From IMG/VR virus record IMGVR_UViG_3300004369_000107, positions 1 through 27,990 of that record: a stretch of 27,990 nt of DNA; one strand, written 5' to 3'. The notes beneath the pieces were generated by a model. That model was not told where the DNA came from, did not search any database, and was given only the letters and a program-made list of their open reading frames with translations. This DNA is from a virus. Taxonomy: Duplodnaviria; Caudoviricetes. Both the position numbers and the translations under genes were made by a program. Below are positions 16,955 through 27,129 of this stretch, in pieces. Within the stretch, counting starts at the first letter, position 1; the number at the start of each line of letters is the position of its first letter.

Positions 16955-19504
16955 ATGGCTAAAATACGAGACCAATATGTATTAGATATAGATACACGAG
17001 GTGCGCAACAGGCAATAACGGGAATACGCACCGCATTAGGCACACTAGCAGGTGTGCTTGCAGTTGATCAGATACGAAGCTTTGTCTCCAGTATCACAGA
17101 TGCAACTACACAATTTGAACGATACCAAACCCAATTAACAACATTCTTAGGTTCACAAGAACGAGCAAATTCGGCATTAGAGCGTTTAAGCCAGTTAAGC
17201 CGGAGTCTAGGTGCAGATGTCGATGATCTAACCAGTGCTTTTGTTATATTCACTAGATATGGACTAGACACCAGTAACCAAGCATTAACACAATTTAGTA
17301 ATATTGCAACAGCCAATGGTAAAAGCTTAGAACAATTAGGTGAAGCAGTAGGTGATGCACTAACTGGTGAATATGAAAGACTAAAAGAATTTGGTATTAA
17401 GGTCAGCCAGGAAAATGGGCAAATAATAGCAAGGATAGGCGAAGATCAAGTCGCTTTAGCAAGGACCAGTAAAGATCTTGTTAGACAGTTACAAGAATTA
17501 GGTTCAACTAGATTTGCCCAATCAACAGACAGTACTACACAATTAGGTACTAGTATAAACAATCTTAAAACCAGTGTTACAGAAGCACAAAGGGCATTTG
17601 GTGAAGGCCTGAAACCGGCATTAATACAAGTTAACACGGAGTTAGGCACATTTTTAGATCGTAATCGAAAAATTGCTGGTGAATTAGGATCAGGACTTGG
17701 CGAAGCATTAAGGACAATCTCAGCAGGAGCTCGTGTATTAATAGATAATATGGATCTATTAAGGACTGCTTTATTAACATTTCTTGGTATAAAATTTGCT
17801 GCTGGTTTAGCAAGTTTAGCCGTTGGGTTAGGGTCGGCTGTAAAAGCAACTGGCAGTTTAGGTGCAGCATTGGCAGGAGCTGGTACTGTATTAAAAGGCT
17901 TTTTAAGTAGGATACCATTAATCGGTCGTGCATTTGCCACCTTAGCTGCCATAAGTACTCCTCTTGCCAGTGTAGTTGCTGCTGTGTCAGCAATGGCTAT
18001 TGCATTTGAATTTTTCAAAGATGATGTCGTCCAAGTTGGTGAGACTACTACAACATTTGGTGAGATAGCCCGTGCGGTATTCTCAGGTATAGGTACCATA
18101 GCGCAGCGAGTAGGTAATTTTATCTCTGAGACACTAGGATCTGCTTTAAAATATGTAAGTGATTTGTTTGGTCCATTTGCTAATATTGTACAACAATCAT
18201 TAAACTCAGCGGCTGGTGTTATCCAACGCAATGCAAATTATATGATTGGTGCTTTTGTTGGATTTTTCCAACAGATAACCGTAGGTTTAGGGGATTTACC
18301 AGGTTTATTCTATCAAGCTCTCTCGAGTGCATTTACAATTGTAAGTGAATTTGTAGAAAGATCAGGTAAATTATTTGGGGAACTATGGGATTACATCGCA
18401 ACACTAGGCGAAGATGAAATTTCAAATACATTTAAAGGTCTAGGTGAAATAGTCTCACAAGAAGGTGCAAAAATAGCAGCACAAAGCAGTATCAATTGGA
18501 ATGAAATAATGGGTACTGATTACATTGGCTCAGCGGTTAATGAAATCATACTTAATATTGAAGAATTGGTATTAGCATATAGAGAGGGTCAAGTATCAGT
18601 AGAAGAATTTGGTGAGAAATTACAAGAAGCTGTTAATCCACCTGATGTTGAAAATAAAACTGAAAAAACCATCACTGCCATTACTCGAGCACGGGATGCA
18701 GTAAAAGACTATACACGGGAAATAGAAGACAGGATTAGGGCACAAAACGAAAGCCAAGAACTTGCAAGACTAACTGGTATAAGACGCACACTAAAAGAGA
18801 TTGAATTAGCAGAAAAGAATTATGCTAGATCAATAAGACAGCGTATACAAGAACAAGTCACAGCAGGTGAGATAACACAAGCAGAAGCCGATCGACAATT
18901 AGCCGAAATAGCTGTGCTAGAACAACAGGCCATTGAATCTCAACAGAGGATAGCTGAAGCTGCTTATCGAGAATCAAGGACCTTTAGTACAGGTTGGAGA
19001 CAAGCATTTGAAGAATATGTTGATGATGCAAACAATGCTGCACGAGCAGCAGAGAGTGTATTTAAAACAGCAACACAAGGCATGGAAGATGCAATTGTTA
19101 ATTTTGCAAAGACAGGTAAGTTTGAATTTAAAAGCTTCTTAAATTCAGTTTTAGAAGATCTATTGCGTAGTCAAGTAAGACAGTTAATAGCACAAACATT
19201 TAGCATTGGTAGATCAGGTCCTAGAGGAGGCGAATCCAGTGGTAACAGTTTCTTAGATCTTTTTTCCGGTTATTATGCCACAGGTGGTATGATACCAGCA
19301 GGTAGATTTGGTGTGGTTGGAGAATCTGGTCCAGAATTAGTGTCAGGACCAGCTACTGTTTCACCAATGGGTAATACAAATATCCAATACAATATAAGTG
19401 CAGTAGATGCGATGAGTTTCCGTGAACTGTTGTCAAGAGACCCCAGTTTCTTATATGCAGTAACAGAACAAGGTCGTAAGACCATACCTAGCACAAGGAG
19501 ATAA
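16955..19504 (+). CDS. Tape measure protein
   Basis: 849 aa. N-terminal tape-measure domain (..GS.E.A..AL..L...TGEYERLKEFGI), lambda-type C-terminus (GWRQAFEEYVDDA...GMEDAIVNFAKTGK) and YATGG...VVGESGPELV. Confidence 0.92.
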   Translation: MAKIRDQYVLDIDTRGAQQAITGIRTALGTLAGVLAVDQIRSFVSSITDATTQFERYQTQLTTFLGSQERANSALERLSQLSRSLGADVDDLTSAFVIFTRYGLDTSNQALTQFSNIATANGKSLEQLGEAVGDALTGEYERLKEFGIKVSQENGQIIARIGEDQVALARTSKDLVRQLQELGSTRFAQSTDSTTQLGTSINNLKTSVTEAQRAFGEGLKPALIQVNTELGTFLDRNRKIAGELGSGLGEALRTISAGARVLIDNMDLLRTALLTFLGIKFAAGLASLAVGLGSAVKATGSLGAALAGAGTVLKGFLSRIPLIGRAFATLAAISTPLASVVAAVSAMAIAFEFFKDDVVQVGETTTTFGEIARAVFSGIGTIAQRVGNFISETLGSALKYVSDLFGPFANIVQQSLNSAAGVIQRNANYMIGAFVGFFQQITVGLGDLPGLFYQALSSAFTIVSEFVERSGKLFGELWDYIATLGEDEISNTFKGLGEIVSQEGAKIAAQSSINWNEIMGTDYIGSAVNEIILNIEELVLAYREGQVSVEEFGEKLQEAVNPPDVENKTEKTITAITRARDAVKDYTREIEDRIRAQNESQELARLTGIRRTLKEIELAEKNYARSIRQRIQEQVTAGEITQAEADRQLAEIAVLEQQAIESQQRIAEAAYRESRTFSTGWRQAFEEYVDDANNAARAAESVFKTATQGMEDAIVNFAKTGKFEFKSFLNSVLEDLLRSQVRQLIAQTFSIGRSGPRGGESSGNSFLDLFSGYYATGGMIPAGRFGVVGESGPELVSGPATVSPMGNTNIQYNISAVDAMSFRELLSRDPSFLYAVTEQGRKTIPSTRR

Positions 19505-20124
19505 TGATGACAACAGCATATCAAACAGTTATAGATAACTGTTCGAGTTTAAGTATTAATAGGCGTAAACGGATATCTCAGACAGTTAGTAGAGATGGCA
19601 CCATTAAAACAACCAGTCTTGGAGGGCAGATTTGGGAGTTCCGTGTAAGACTACCTGATGGACCAAGTTATGAAACATATAGACCTCTTATAGAACGGAT
19701 GGAAGCACTAGATCGTGTTACTGCAGGTACTATACAAATTAACAGTTCAGGACACGCATATATAAGTGGTTACCAAGGAGACTTGTCAACACTCGCAGGC
19801 ATAACAGTCAGTTACACTTCCGGTAACACAGTAACCATAACTGGGGGTGCAACAGGTTTAACCACAGGCCAATATAGATTTAAATCAGGTGATTATATAC
19901 AGTTAGGATCAGGCCGAGTATATACAGTTGTCGACGATGTTGACCATGATGACACAGTGATAACCCTACATAGACCAGTAAGAGAGTCAGCAGGTAGTTA
20001 CACATTAACAGTAGGACCAGCAGTAACTTGGACAGTCATATGTACAGAGTTCCCTAATTGGACGATATTCAGTCGTAATCAAGTTGGTTGGGATGGAGAT
20101 TTTGTATTTGCTGAGGTGATATAA
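19504..20124 (+). CDS. Putative distal tail protein
   Basis: 206 aa after the tape measure gene. SRDG...GGQIWEF.V and FKSGDYIQ motifs. Confidence 0.65.
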   Translation: MMTTAYQTVIDNCSSLSINRRKRISQTVSRDGTIKTTSLGGQIWEFRVRLPDGPSYETYRPLIERMEALDRVTAGTIQINSSGHAYISGYQGDLSTLAGITVSYTSGNTVTITGGATGLTTGQYRFKSGDYIQLGSGRVYTVVDDVDHDDTVITLHRPVRESAGSYTLTVGPAVTWTVICTEFPNWTIFSRNQVGWDGDFVFAEVI

Positions 20125-20687
20125 TGGCTATAGATCTTTCAGCTTATCCAGAAATACAAACAAACATGTTTGTTAGACTGGACATACCAGATTATGCGGT
20201 ATTATATTTCAGTGATTATCATCGCAGTTACTCATTTGGTGGCAATACCTACGATGGAATAGGTCAATTATTATCAATTTCAAATACAGATGACAACCTT
20301 AGGGCCAGTCCTAATGAAATTACCTTAGGCATCACGGGTATACCAACGGGTAACATTTCTGATGTATTAAACAATCCTGTTAAAGGCAGCCAATGTGATA
20401 TCTACAGGGGATTTTTCTCAGTGACAACAGGAGATCTATTACCAATCTCAGGTAATCCTGCTGGTTATTTCCGTGGTGTTGTTAGTAACTATGATATAAC
20501 TGATGATCTAACCATGGGTGCATCAACAGGTACACTCGCACTATTGTTAATGCTTACTAATGTAGTAGGTTTATTAAACAATAAGATCGCAGGAAGACGC
20601 ACGAATGCCAGTGATTTTACCAATGGTGATATGGCCAGGGTATTACCACTGCAGAAAAGCAACTTCCAGTTTGGAGCACCACGATGA
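20124..20687 (+). CDS. Putative tail tip or baseplate hub protein (gpL-like position)
   Basis: GNTYDGIGQLLSIS...ITLGITGIP...IYRGFF...F.G motif. Confidence 0.65.
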   Translation: MAIDLSAYPEIQTNMFVRLDIPDYAVLYFSDYHRSYSFGGNTYDGIGQLLSISNTDDNLRASPNEITLGITGIPTGNISDVLNNPVKGSQCDIYRGFFSVTTGDLLPISGNPAGYFRGVVSNYDITDDLTMGASTGTLALLLMLTNVVGLLNNKIAGRRTNASDFTNGDMARVLPLQKSNFQFGAPR

Positions 20688-23600
20688 GTTTCTTACGAGG
20701 ATTAGCCACTGCGGCAAGTTTTATCGCCGGTGATAGCGTTTGGAGTAGCCTTGCAAGGACAGCTATCCTTGCATATGCTGTTAACCAAATGAACACCAAC
20801 ACTAATAAATCCAATGACACAGGCACAGAAAATATAGATCAAGGTGTTAGGCTACAAGCTAAACCTGATGCTACAGCACATATACCTGTTTTATATGGTA
20901 GTGCATATTTTGGTGGTAATATCAGTGATGCTGTGATGACCAATAATAACAAGACCATGTGGTACAGTCTTGTGTTAGCAGAAAGGACTGGTACGCTTTA
21001 CAGTTCAGGTGCAGCGACAGCATATACCTTTGATCGGGTATATTGGAATAACCAAAGGATAGTTTTCCAATCAGATGGTATTACAGCAGATTATACAGTA
21101 GACTCAACTGGAGTCGTTGATCGCAGCATAAGTGGATTGGTCAAAGTCTATCTATATGCCGGCAACAGTACCAGCACCAGTCAACAAGCACCCTCTGGTT
21201 CAACCATAACAGCAGCAAATGCTTATGATATTTTTCCAAATTGGACCAGTACTACCCATGCAATGGACAATCTCATATTTGCCGTAGTTAGGGTAGATTA
21301 CAATAGAGAAAAGGGTGTAACTGGTATAGGGGATATGTTGTATCAAGTTACCAGTTCAATGACACAACCAGGTGATGTATTCCGTGATTACATTACCTCA
21401 ACACGCTATGGTGCAGGTGTTGATTCAGCTGCGGTATCCACAACAGATGTTGCAGCATTAAACAGTTACAGTCTAGATAATATCAGTTATGATGATCAAG
21501 GAACAGGTGCTGAAACACTAGCTGACAGATATCAGATAAATGGTCTAATAGACACAGGCAACCCAGTACTGCAGAATGCAGAAGCCATACTGTCAGCTGC
21601 TGGTAGTTATCTCAGTTATGACACACATACGGGTCAATGGGGTATTGTAATTAACCGGACAGGCGCTTCAACGGCTGATTTTTCAGATTCAAACATACTA
21701 GGCACTGTAAGCATTTCCGGTACTGGTTTACAGGAATTGTATAATGAAGTAAAGGTTGAATTCCCACATAGAGAACTACGGGACTCGGCTGATTTTTATA
21801 ATATCAGTCTAAACAAAAGGAATTCAAATGAACCCACCAATGTACTTAATTTAAGATATGATATAATCAATGAACCTATCCAAGCCCAGATGTTGGCTTT
21901 GATAGAACTAAAACAAGCTAGGCTTGACAACATAGTTAAGTTTTCAACAGATTTTAGTTATTACAATCTCCGTGCAGGTGATATAATCACAGTAACTGAT
22001 TCACGACTTGGTTTAAGTTCAGCAACATATAGGATAGTTAACATTGGTGAGCGCCAGGACAATCAGGGCGCATTACAGATGGATATAACTGCAATACAGT
22101 ATGATGCAAACATATATTCATTTGCAGACCTTTACAGATTTACAAGATCAGATGATGATGGTATTGTTACAATAGGTAGTATAGGCACACCTGGTACACC
22201 TAGTGTATCCAAGATAGAACAAGACTCAAGACCTAGATTGGAAATTACCAGTAATTCACCAACAGGTGTAGTAGAAGGATTAGAATATTGGTTAACCACT
22301 GATGTTGGTGAAGCCGATGATGATCTAAGGAGCTATACATTAATTGGCACAAGGAGACCAGAGGGTGGTGGAGTATTCACTAGTGGTACTGCAGTTACAT
22401 TAGAATACACAACATCAGCTAGCGATTTCTATGTGAAAACCCGTGGTGTTAATACTACCACAACAGGACCTTTCAGTGCGGTTAGTGGACTAGTAGAATT
22501 TGAACCAGTACAAACAACACAGGCTATTGATTCAAATACCAGCATGTTTGATGAAACTGGTGCATTATTAACTGGACTAGCACTAGTAAATCTTGCCAGT
22601 AAACTGTTGGATCTATTTGGTGTAGGTAATGATGACAAGAGTTTGTTTGATCAGATATTTGATACATTTGAGGAAGAAACTGGAACAGACCTAGTTGGAC
22701 AAGCCACGGATGGCACCTTGGTTGTGGCCGGCGATCTAGAAGTAAAAGACTCAGGGACGAGTCTTGGCCCAACCACTGCAAGCATTGATTTTACAGGTGG
22801 ATTAACAGCATCAGGTAGTTCGACGATTACCGTACAGATGAAATCCGGTACTGGTTCAAAACAGATCCTAGCATGGGACGACACGGCAGGTGAATATAGG
22901 ATACTAGATGCAGCTGGCTGTTTATCAGGTTGTGATTTCATTGAAGAACCAGAACCACCAACACCAGCAGTACCTTGTAGTTTAACTATCGCTAATTTAT
23001 TACCTGCAAGTTCAGGTACAAGTACTGAATCAGTTTGTAAATTAAATCCTAGTGTACCATATACAGGTAGTTATTTTATTACCTACAGTATCGATCCTGG
23101 AACTGCTGAAGGTGGTGCTGCTAATCCTGCTATACCTTTTTATGCACCAATACAAGCAGGTATTGGAAACATTTATCTTTATGGATCAGATGGTTCATTA
23201 GAACAAACACTAACAGAATCAGATCTCATAATCCATAACAATGTAGTTGAATTACCATTTGCTGACAGGACACCGGGTAAAGACTATTATATATTAATAG
23301 AAGAAGGTGTTGTTACAAGTTGTAGTTGTGAAAACGCAGCCGTTGAGGACTGCACAACCTGGAGTTTTTATACCAGTACCAGTCCACAAGCTGAATTTAC
23401 ATATACAGCTGGTGATTTAACTGACGCAGAAACCTCTGATACTGTTTATGCTGAAGTTTTAACCTGTGATTCAATCAGCTTGGCTGGAACAGGTATTTGT
23501 GCCAGTACTGCAGAACTAAGTTTAGTATTTTCAGAAAACATACAGGCAGGCACAGGTTCAGTCCTCATTAAAGATAGACTCACAGGCACAACTGTTAGAT

Positions 23601-24364
23601 CATTGTCAATTGGATCAGCTAACATCTTTGAAGACACTGTTGATTTTGGTCTAGTAACTGGCTTATCGGACAATACAGAATATGATATTGTGGTACCAGT
23701 GGGTTTAGTTACAACAGCAAGGATCAGTACTGTTGTCACTGTTTGTGATGTTACAGTTACCTATCCACCAGGACCAACACTAAACAATCAATTGCGTACA
23801 GGTGGTTTTAAAACAGATATCACACTTGAATTAGTCAGTGTAGATTTATGTTATGAAAACTCAGGTTTAGTCAGTAGACGCAGTAACATAAAATTAACAT
23901 TTAATAAAGCGATCACCGCCGGTGCCACAAGTGAAATATCAGTATTAGAAGGCTCTGGTTTTTCAAGTAAAACACATCAAAAGATAGATTTAAATGCTAC
24001 ATTTGCCGCAGACGGTGTTTGCAGTTTATTTTCAATATCAGGTACAGATTTATATTTGAATCCAACACTTGCATTTAGATCAGGCGAACAATATCAAGTA
24101 TATGTACCTGCTGATGCAGTACAGGATTCATGTGGTGTTGGTAATACAGCTATAACAACTGACCTTTTCCAGGTAGATAGGATAGAAACAGCACCAACAA
24201 CAGCTCCTGTTTATGGAAGTGTTTATGTTGATTTTGAATTCCGTAGACCAGTTATACCAGGTCGAGGTAAGATACACATTATCAATTCAACAACAGGCGA
24301 ATTATACACCAGTATATCAGCTGGCGATCCTGAAGTAGTATTCAGCGAAACAAGATTTACATAA
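20684..24364 (+). CDS. Tail tip attachment protein (gpJ-like) with C-terminal Cys-rich Ig-like repeats
   Basis: IPVLYG, RYGAG, RYQINGLIDT, YNEVKVEFP, L.AGDIITVT and ITAIQYDANIY core. C-terminal L.L.FSENI.AGTG.V.I and IKLTFNKAI.AG repeats resemble SbsA/Big_5 Ig-like domains. Confidence 0.8.
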   Translation: MSFLRGLATAASFIAGDSVWSSLARTAILAYAVNQMNTNTNKSNDTGTENIDQGVRLQAKPDATAHIPVLYGSAYFGGNISDAVMTNNNKTMWYSLVLAERTGTLYSSGAATAYTFDRVYWNNQRIVFQSDGITADYTVDSTGVVDRSISGLVKVYLYAGNSTSTSQQAPSGSTITAANAYDIFPNWTSTTHAMDNLIFAVVRVDYNREKGVTGIGDMLYQVTSSMTQPGDVFRDYITSTRYGAGVDSAAVSTTDVAALNSYSLDNISYDDQGTGAETLADRYQINGLIDTGNPVLQNAEAILSAAGSYLSYDTHTGQWGIVINRTGASTADFSDSNILGTVSISGTGLQELYNEVKVEFPHRELRDSADFYNISLNKRNSNEPTNVLNLRYDIINEPIQAQMLALIELKQARLDNIVKFSTDFSYYNLRAGDIITVTDSRLGLSSATYRIVNIGERQDNQGALQMDITAIQYDANIYSFADLYRFTRSDDDGIVTIGSIGTPGTPSVSKIEQDSRPRLEITSNSPTGVVEGLEYWLTTDVGEADDDLRSYTLIGTRRPEGGGVFTSGTAVTLEYTTSASDFYVKTRGVNTTTTGPFSAVSGLVEFEPVQTTQAIDSNTSMFDETGALLTGLALVNLASKLLDLFGVGNDDKSLFDQIFDTFEEETGTDLVGQATDGTLVVAGDLEVKDSGTSLGPTTASIDFTGGLTASGSSTITVQMKSGTGSKQILAWDDTAGEYRILDAAGCLSGCDFIEEPEPPTPAVPCSLTIANLLPASSGTSTESVCKLNPSVPYTGSYFITYSIDPGTAEGGAANPAIPFYAPIQAGIGNIYLYGSDGSLEQTLTESDLIIHNNVVELPFADRTPGKDYYILIEEGVVTSCSCENAAVEDCTTWSFYTSTSPQAEFTYTAGDLTDAETSDTVYAEVLTCDSISLAGTGICASTAELSLVFSENIQAGTGSVLIKDRLTGTTVRSLSIGSANIFEDTVDFGLVTGLSDNTEYDIVVPVGLVTTARISTVVTVCDVTVTYPPGPTLNNQLRTGGFKTDITLELVSVDLCYENSGLVSRRSNIKLTFNKAITAGATSEISVLEGSGFSSKTHQKIDLNATFAADGVCSLFSISGTDLYLNPTLAFRSGEQYQVYVPADAVQDSCGVGNTAITTDLFQVDRIETAPTTAPVYGSVYVDFEFRRPVIPGRGKIHIINSTTGELYTSISAGDPEVVFSETRFT

Positions 24365-24374
24365 GGATTTACGG

Positions 24375-27008
24375 ATGGCAACAGTAACAGGAACAGCAAA
24401 ATTATATGATTCAGTCACGCTTAGACTGGTAGAAAATATCCAACCAGCGGTGTTTAGCACCACTTGTACAGTGGCAGCAGTTCCAACTGTGCTTAGAGGA
24501 TATACACAAACAGTTACACAAAAACCAACAGCGGTTACCAGTTTGTCAGTGGCCGCTGATTATCTTTATAAAGGTGGAGTAGCAGATCTTGAATTTTCAG
24601 CTACCCTTAGGAATTATACGGCTACCCATATCAGGATTGATATAGCGGCATTAATTGCTAGAGGATTACCAGAAGGTACACCGTTAACTTTTGTAATGGA
24701 AGAAGACTGGCTAAGAGAAGATCAAAATAAATTACCATCTAGTTTAGGATTATCTATTCCTCGAGATGACAGTTTCTATACAATGCGTACACCAATATAC
24801 CTTAACGCAACTCAATTCACAACGAGCAATTTCAGTTTAACTGCAGATAATACAAGATTAAAATTTGGTAGCGTGTCAGCGGATTCAGCATTTACTCCAG
24901 TGATGACTGTGGTAGCTACAAGGAATGTGGAAACAGAATTAATCGCAACCATTACACAATCCACAACAGCTAATTATACAGTTGGGAGTAACACAGCTGA
25001 TATACTCTCATTTGCAGTATTTGTTCGATCAAAACCTACTCGCATACTACAATTTGAGTCTGATTTCACCACAGTTACAACCAGTTTAACTGCTGATAAC
25101 ACAAGGTTAAAATTTGGTTATCTACCAGCAGTGGTTACCTCTGCCGTGTCCAGTTCAGCCATTAGGTATCCAGGCATACTAGAAGACTTGGCTGTGGTAT
25201 CAACAACGGACTGTACACCTATTGTGTTCTCAGAAGCCGGTGCAGCCATTGAATCTTCCGGTACCCTCAGCATAACAGCGACGAGGATAAGACCAGGTGC
25301 CAGCACAATGTCCACGGCTTCAACACAAACAGCAACGGGTAGCGTTCCAATGTTTGAGACATTAACTAATTTTGCAGGTGATTTCAGTCTTTATTTTGGT
25401 GGAGATGTTGATATTGAAGTAGATTGGGGTGATGGTACTGTAGAAACTTATTCACAAACACAAGATTGGACCACTGTAACTGATGCTAATTTATTTGAAG
25501 TATCACATACATACACAACCTCTACTACAAAAACAGTCTCAATCTCGGGATCAGCTGAAGTTGTTTCAGGATATACAGGTGTTAGTACTGTTAGTGGAGC
25601 CGACTATACAAGGGCCACAGCTTGGGGTGAAATCCGACCTTTATGGTTATACAAATGGGGTGGTAATTTAACCAGTACAGGTGCAAACAGGGTACTGTCA
25701 GGTATATTACCCGGTGAAATACCCTCAAGTGTAACCAGTTTACGATCAGCATTAACAACCGTCAGTTGGTATACAGGTAATCCATGGGCTAACATAGGCG
25801 ATTGGGATACCAGTCAGGTAACAGACATGTCCAGTTGTTTTGCTGGCACTGCATTTTATATTAAGAGTCACAACATCAGCACATGGGATACCAGTTCAGT
25901 TACCACAATGGAGGCAATGTTCTCAGGTAACAATGCTTATCCCAATTACAGTTTAAATTCCTGGGATACCAGCGCAGTTACTACAATGAAACAGATGTTT
26001 AAAGATAGCAACTTAACCAGTACAACTCAAATTGATTCATGGAATACCAGTGCAGTTACTGACATGAGTCAAATGTTCCAAAATACACAATTGAAAATCG
26101 AGTTAGATATTGCCAGTTGGAACACTGGTGCAGTTACCGATATGAGTTATATGTTTGACAATGGTACAATGTTTGCAATCGATCTCAGCACATGGAATAC
26201 TGTTTCGGTAACCAATATGCAAGCGATGTTCCGTGATACTGGCAATTTTAATTCAGATCTAAGCAGTTGGAACACTGGTTCAGTAACTGATATGAGTCAA
26301 ATGTTTAAAGGTTCAGACTACAGTAACACAGGTGTTACACAGAGAAATATCAATACTTGGAATACCAGTAGTGTTACTACAATGAGTCAGATGTTTGAAT
26401 CATCAACCGCAAGACTCTTGTCATTGAATTCATGGGATACCAGTGCAGTTACCAACATGTATAGGATGTTTGCATTTACCAGTGATTTAGATCCTGTTGT
26501 TGCAAATTGGGATACCAGTGCAGTTACCACAATGGAACAAATGTTCGTCGGTGCAGATCAATTTGATCATGCGATCGGCACATGGGATACCAGTAGTGTA
26601 ACCACGGCTGAGTCAATATTCAATGACGCAACAGTATTCAATCAAGATATCAGTGGATGGGATCTGACAGGTATCAGTACACAGGAATATATGTTCTACC
26701 AGGCAACAGCTTTTGACCGAGATTTAACTGGTATAGCATTTGATTGGTCTACGGCATTTGATGGAGACAGCATGTTCTATCAATCAGGTATGGGACAAAC
26801 AGCAATGGATAGAACCATAATATATATAGCAAACAGGATATATCAACAAGCTACAACACCTCCAGCTGGTGTGATAGGTTTACCTAATGGATATACAGCA
26901 TCAAGTACCACATTTACACATGCAACATACACCCAATTTACCGATGCACAGTCTGCCTTAACATATCTGTCTGGACAAAGTTGGACGATTACATATTCAC
27001 CTGTATAA
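24375..27008 (+). CDS. Adhesin-like virion protein with PKD-like domain and BspA/DUF285 repeats
   Basis: VDWGDGTVETY...SHTY, then 12 repeats of (I/L)xxW(D/N)TSxVTxMxxMF. The N-terminal Ala/Thr repeats resemble those of 2538..5570. Confidence 0.85.
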   Translation: MATVTGTAKLYDSVTLRLVENIQPAVFSTTCTVAAVPTVLRGYTQTVTQKPTAVTSLSVAADYLYKGGVADLEFSATLRNYTATHIRIDIAALIARGLPEGTPLTFVMEEDWLREDQNKLPSSLGLSIPRDDSFYTMRTPIYLNATQFTTSNFSLTADNTRLKFGSVSADSAFTPVMTVVATRNVETELIATITQSTTANYTVGSNTADILSFAVFVRSKPTRILQFESDFTTVTTSLTADNTRLKFGYLPAVVTSAVSSSAIRYPGILEDLAVVSTTDCTPIVFSEAGAAIESSGTLSITATRIRPGASTMSTASTQTATGSVPMFETLTNFAGDFSLYFGGDVDIEVDWGDGTVETYSQTQDWTTVTDANLFEVSHTYTTSTTKTVSISGSAEVVSGYTGVSTVSGADYTRATAWGEIRPLWLYKWGGNLTSTGANRVLSGILPGEIPSSVTSLRSALTTVSWYTGNPWANIGDWDTSQVTDMSSCFAGTAFYIKSHNISTWDTSSVTTMEAMFSGNNAYPNYSLNSWDTSAVTTMKQMFKDSNLTSTTQIDSWNTSAVTDMSQMFQNTQLKIELDIASWNTGAVTDMSYMFDNGTMFAIDLSTWNTVSVTNMQAMFRDTGNFNSDLSSWNTGSVTDMSQMFKGSDYSNTGVTQRNINTWNTSSVTTMSQMFESSTARLLSLNSWDTSAVTNMYRMFAFTSDLDPVVANWDTSAVTTMEQMFVGADQFDHAIGTWDTSSVTTAESIFNDATVFNQDISGWDLTGISTQEYMFYQATAFDRDLTGIAFDWSTAFDGDSMFYQSGMGQTAMDRTIIYIANRIYQQATTPPAGVIGLPNGYTASSTTFTHATYTQFTDAQSALTYLSGQSWTITYSPV

Positions 27009-27014
27009 AAAAAC

Positions 27015-27051
27015 TTTTTTTAAGGTTTTTTAAGGTTTTTTGAGGTTTTTT
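27015..27051. repeat. Four T-tracts phased at 10 bp (T(A/G)AGGTTTTT x3)
   Basis: T-runs at 27015-27021, 27026-27031, 27036-27041 and 27046-27051. Confidence 0.9.
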
Positions 27052-27059
27052 AATAAATA
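27052..27059 (+). promoter_or_regulatory. Candidate T4-type late promoter AATAAATA ahead of the fibre gene block
   Basis: NATAAATA preceded by a T-tract, the same context as at 12880. Confidence 0.65.
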
Positions 27060-27064
27060 CAATA

Positions 27065-27085
27065 ACAGACAACCAGGTTGTCTGT
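27065..27085. repeat. Perfect 10-bp inverted repeat with a 1-nt spacer
   Basis: ACAGACAACC-A-GGTTGTCTGT. Confidence 0.85.
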
Positions 27086-27129
27086 ATTGAAATTTTTGAC
27101 ATATAGACAACTAACAAAGGAGAAAAAAA

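Noticed and set aside
546-25795. Minus-strand ORFs in the track (e.g. 3998-4591, 17446-18231, 11160-11471) and nested plus-strand ORFs 1793-1984 and 25483-25671
   Set aside because: They overlap well-supported + strand genes, lack RBS and motifs, and are expected shadows of biased coding sequence.
25790-26700. Recurrent TGGGATACCAGT/TGGAATACCAGT motif at ~75-90 bp spacing resembling a CRISPR array or DGR repeats
   Set aside because: It is the coding W(D/N)TS of BspA/DUF285 repeats, with synonymous variation. No cas or reverse transcriptase gene is present.
27096-27101. TTGACA as a sigma70 -35 element
   Set aside because: There is no -10 hexamer at 16-18 nt spacing. That position falls in the RBS.
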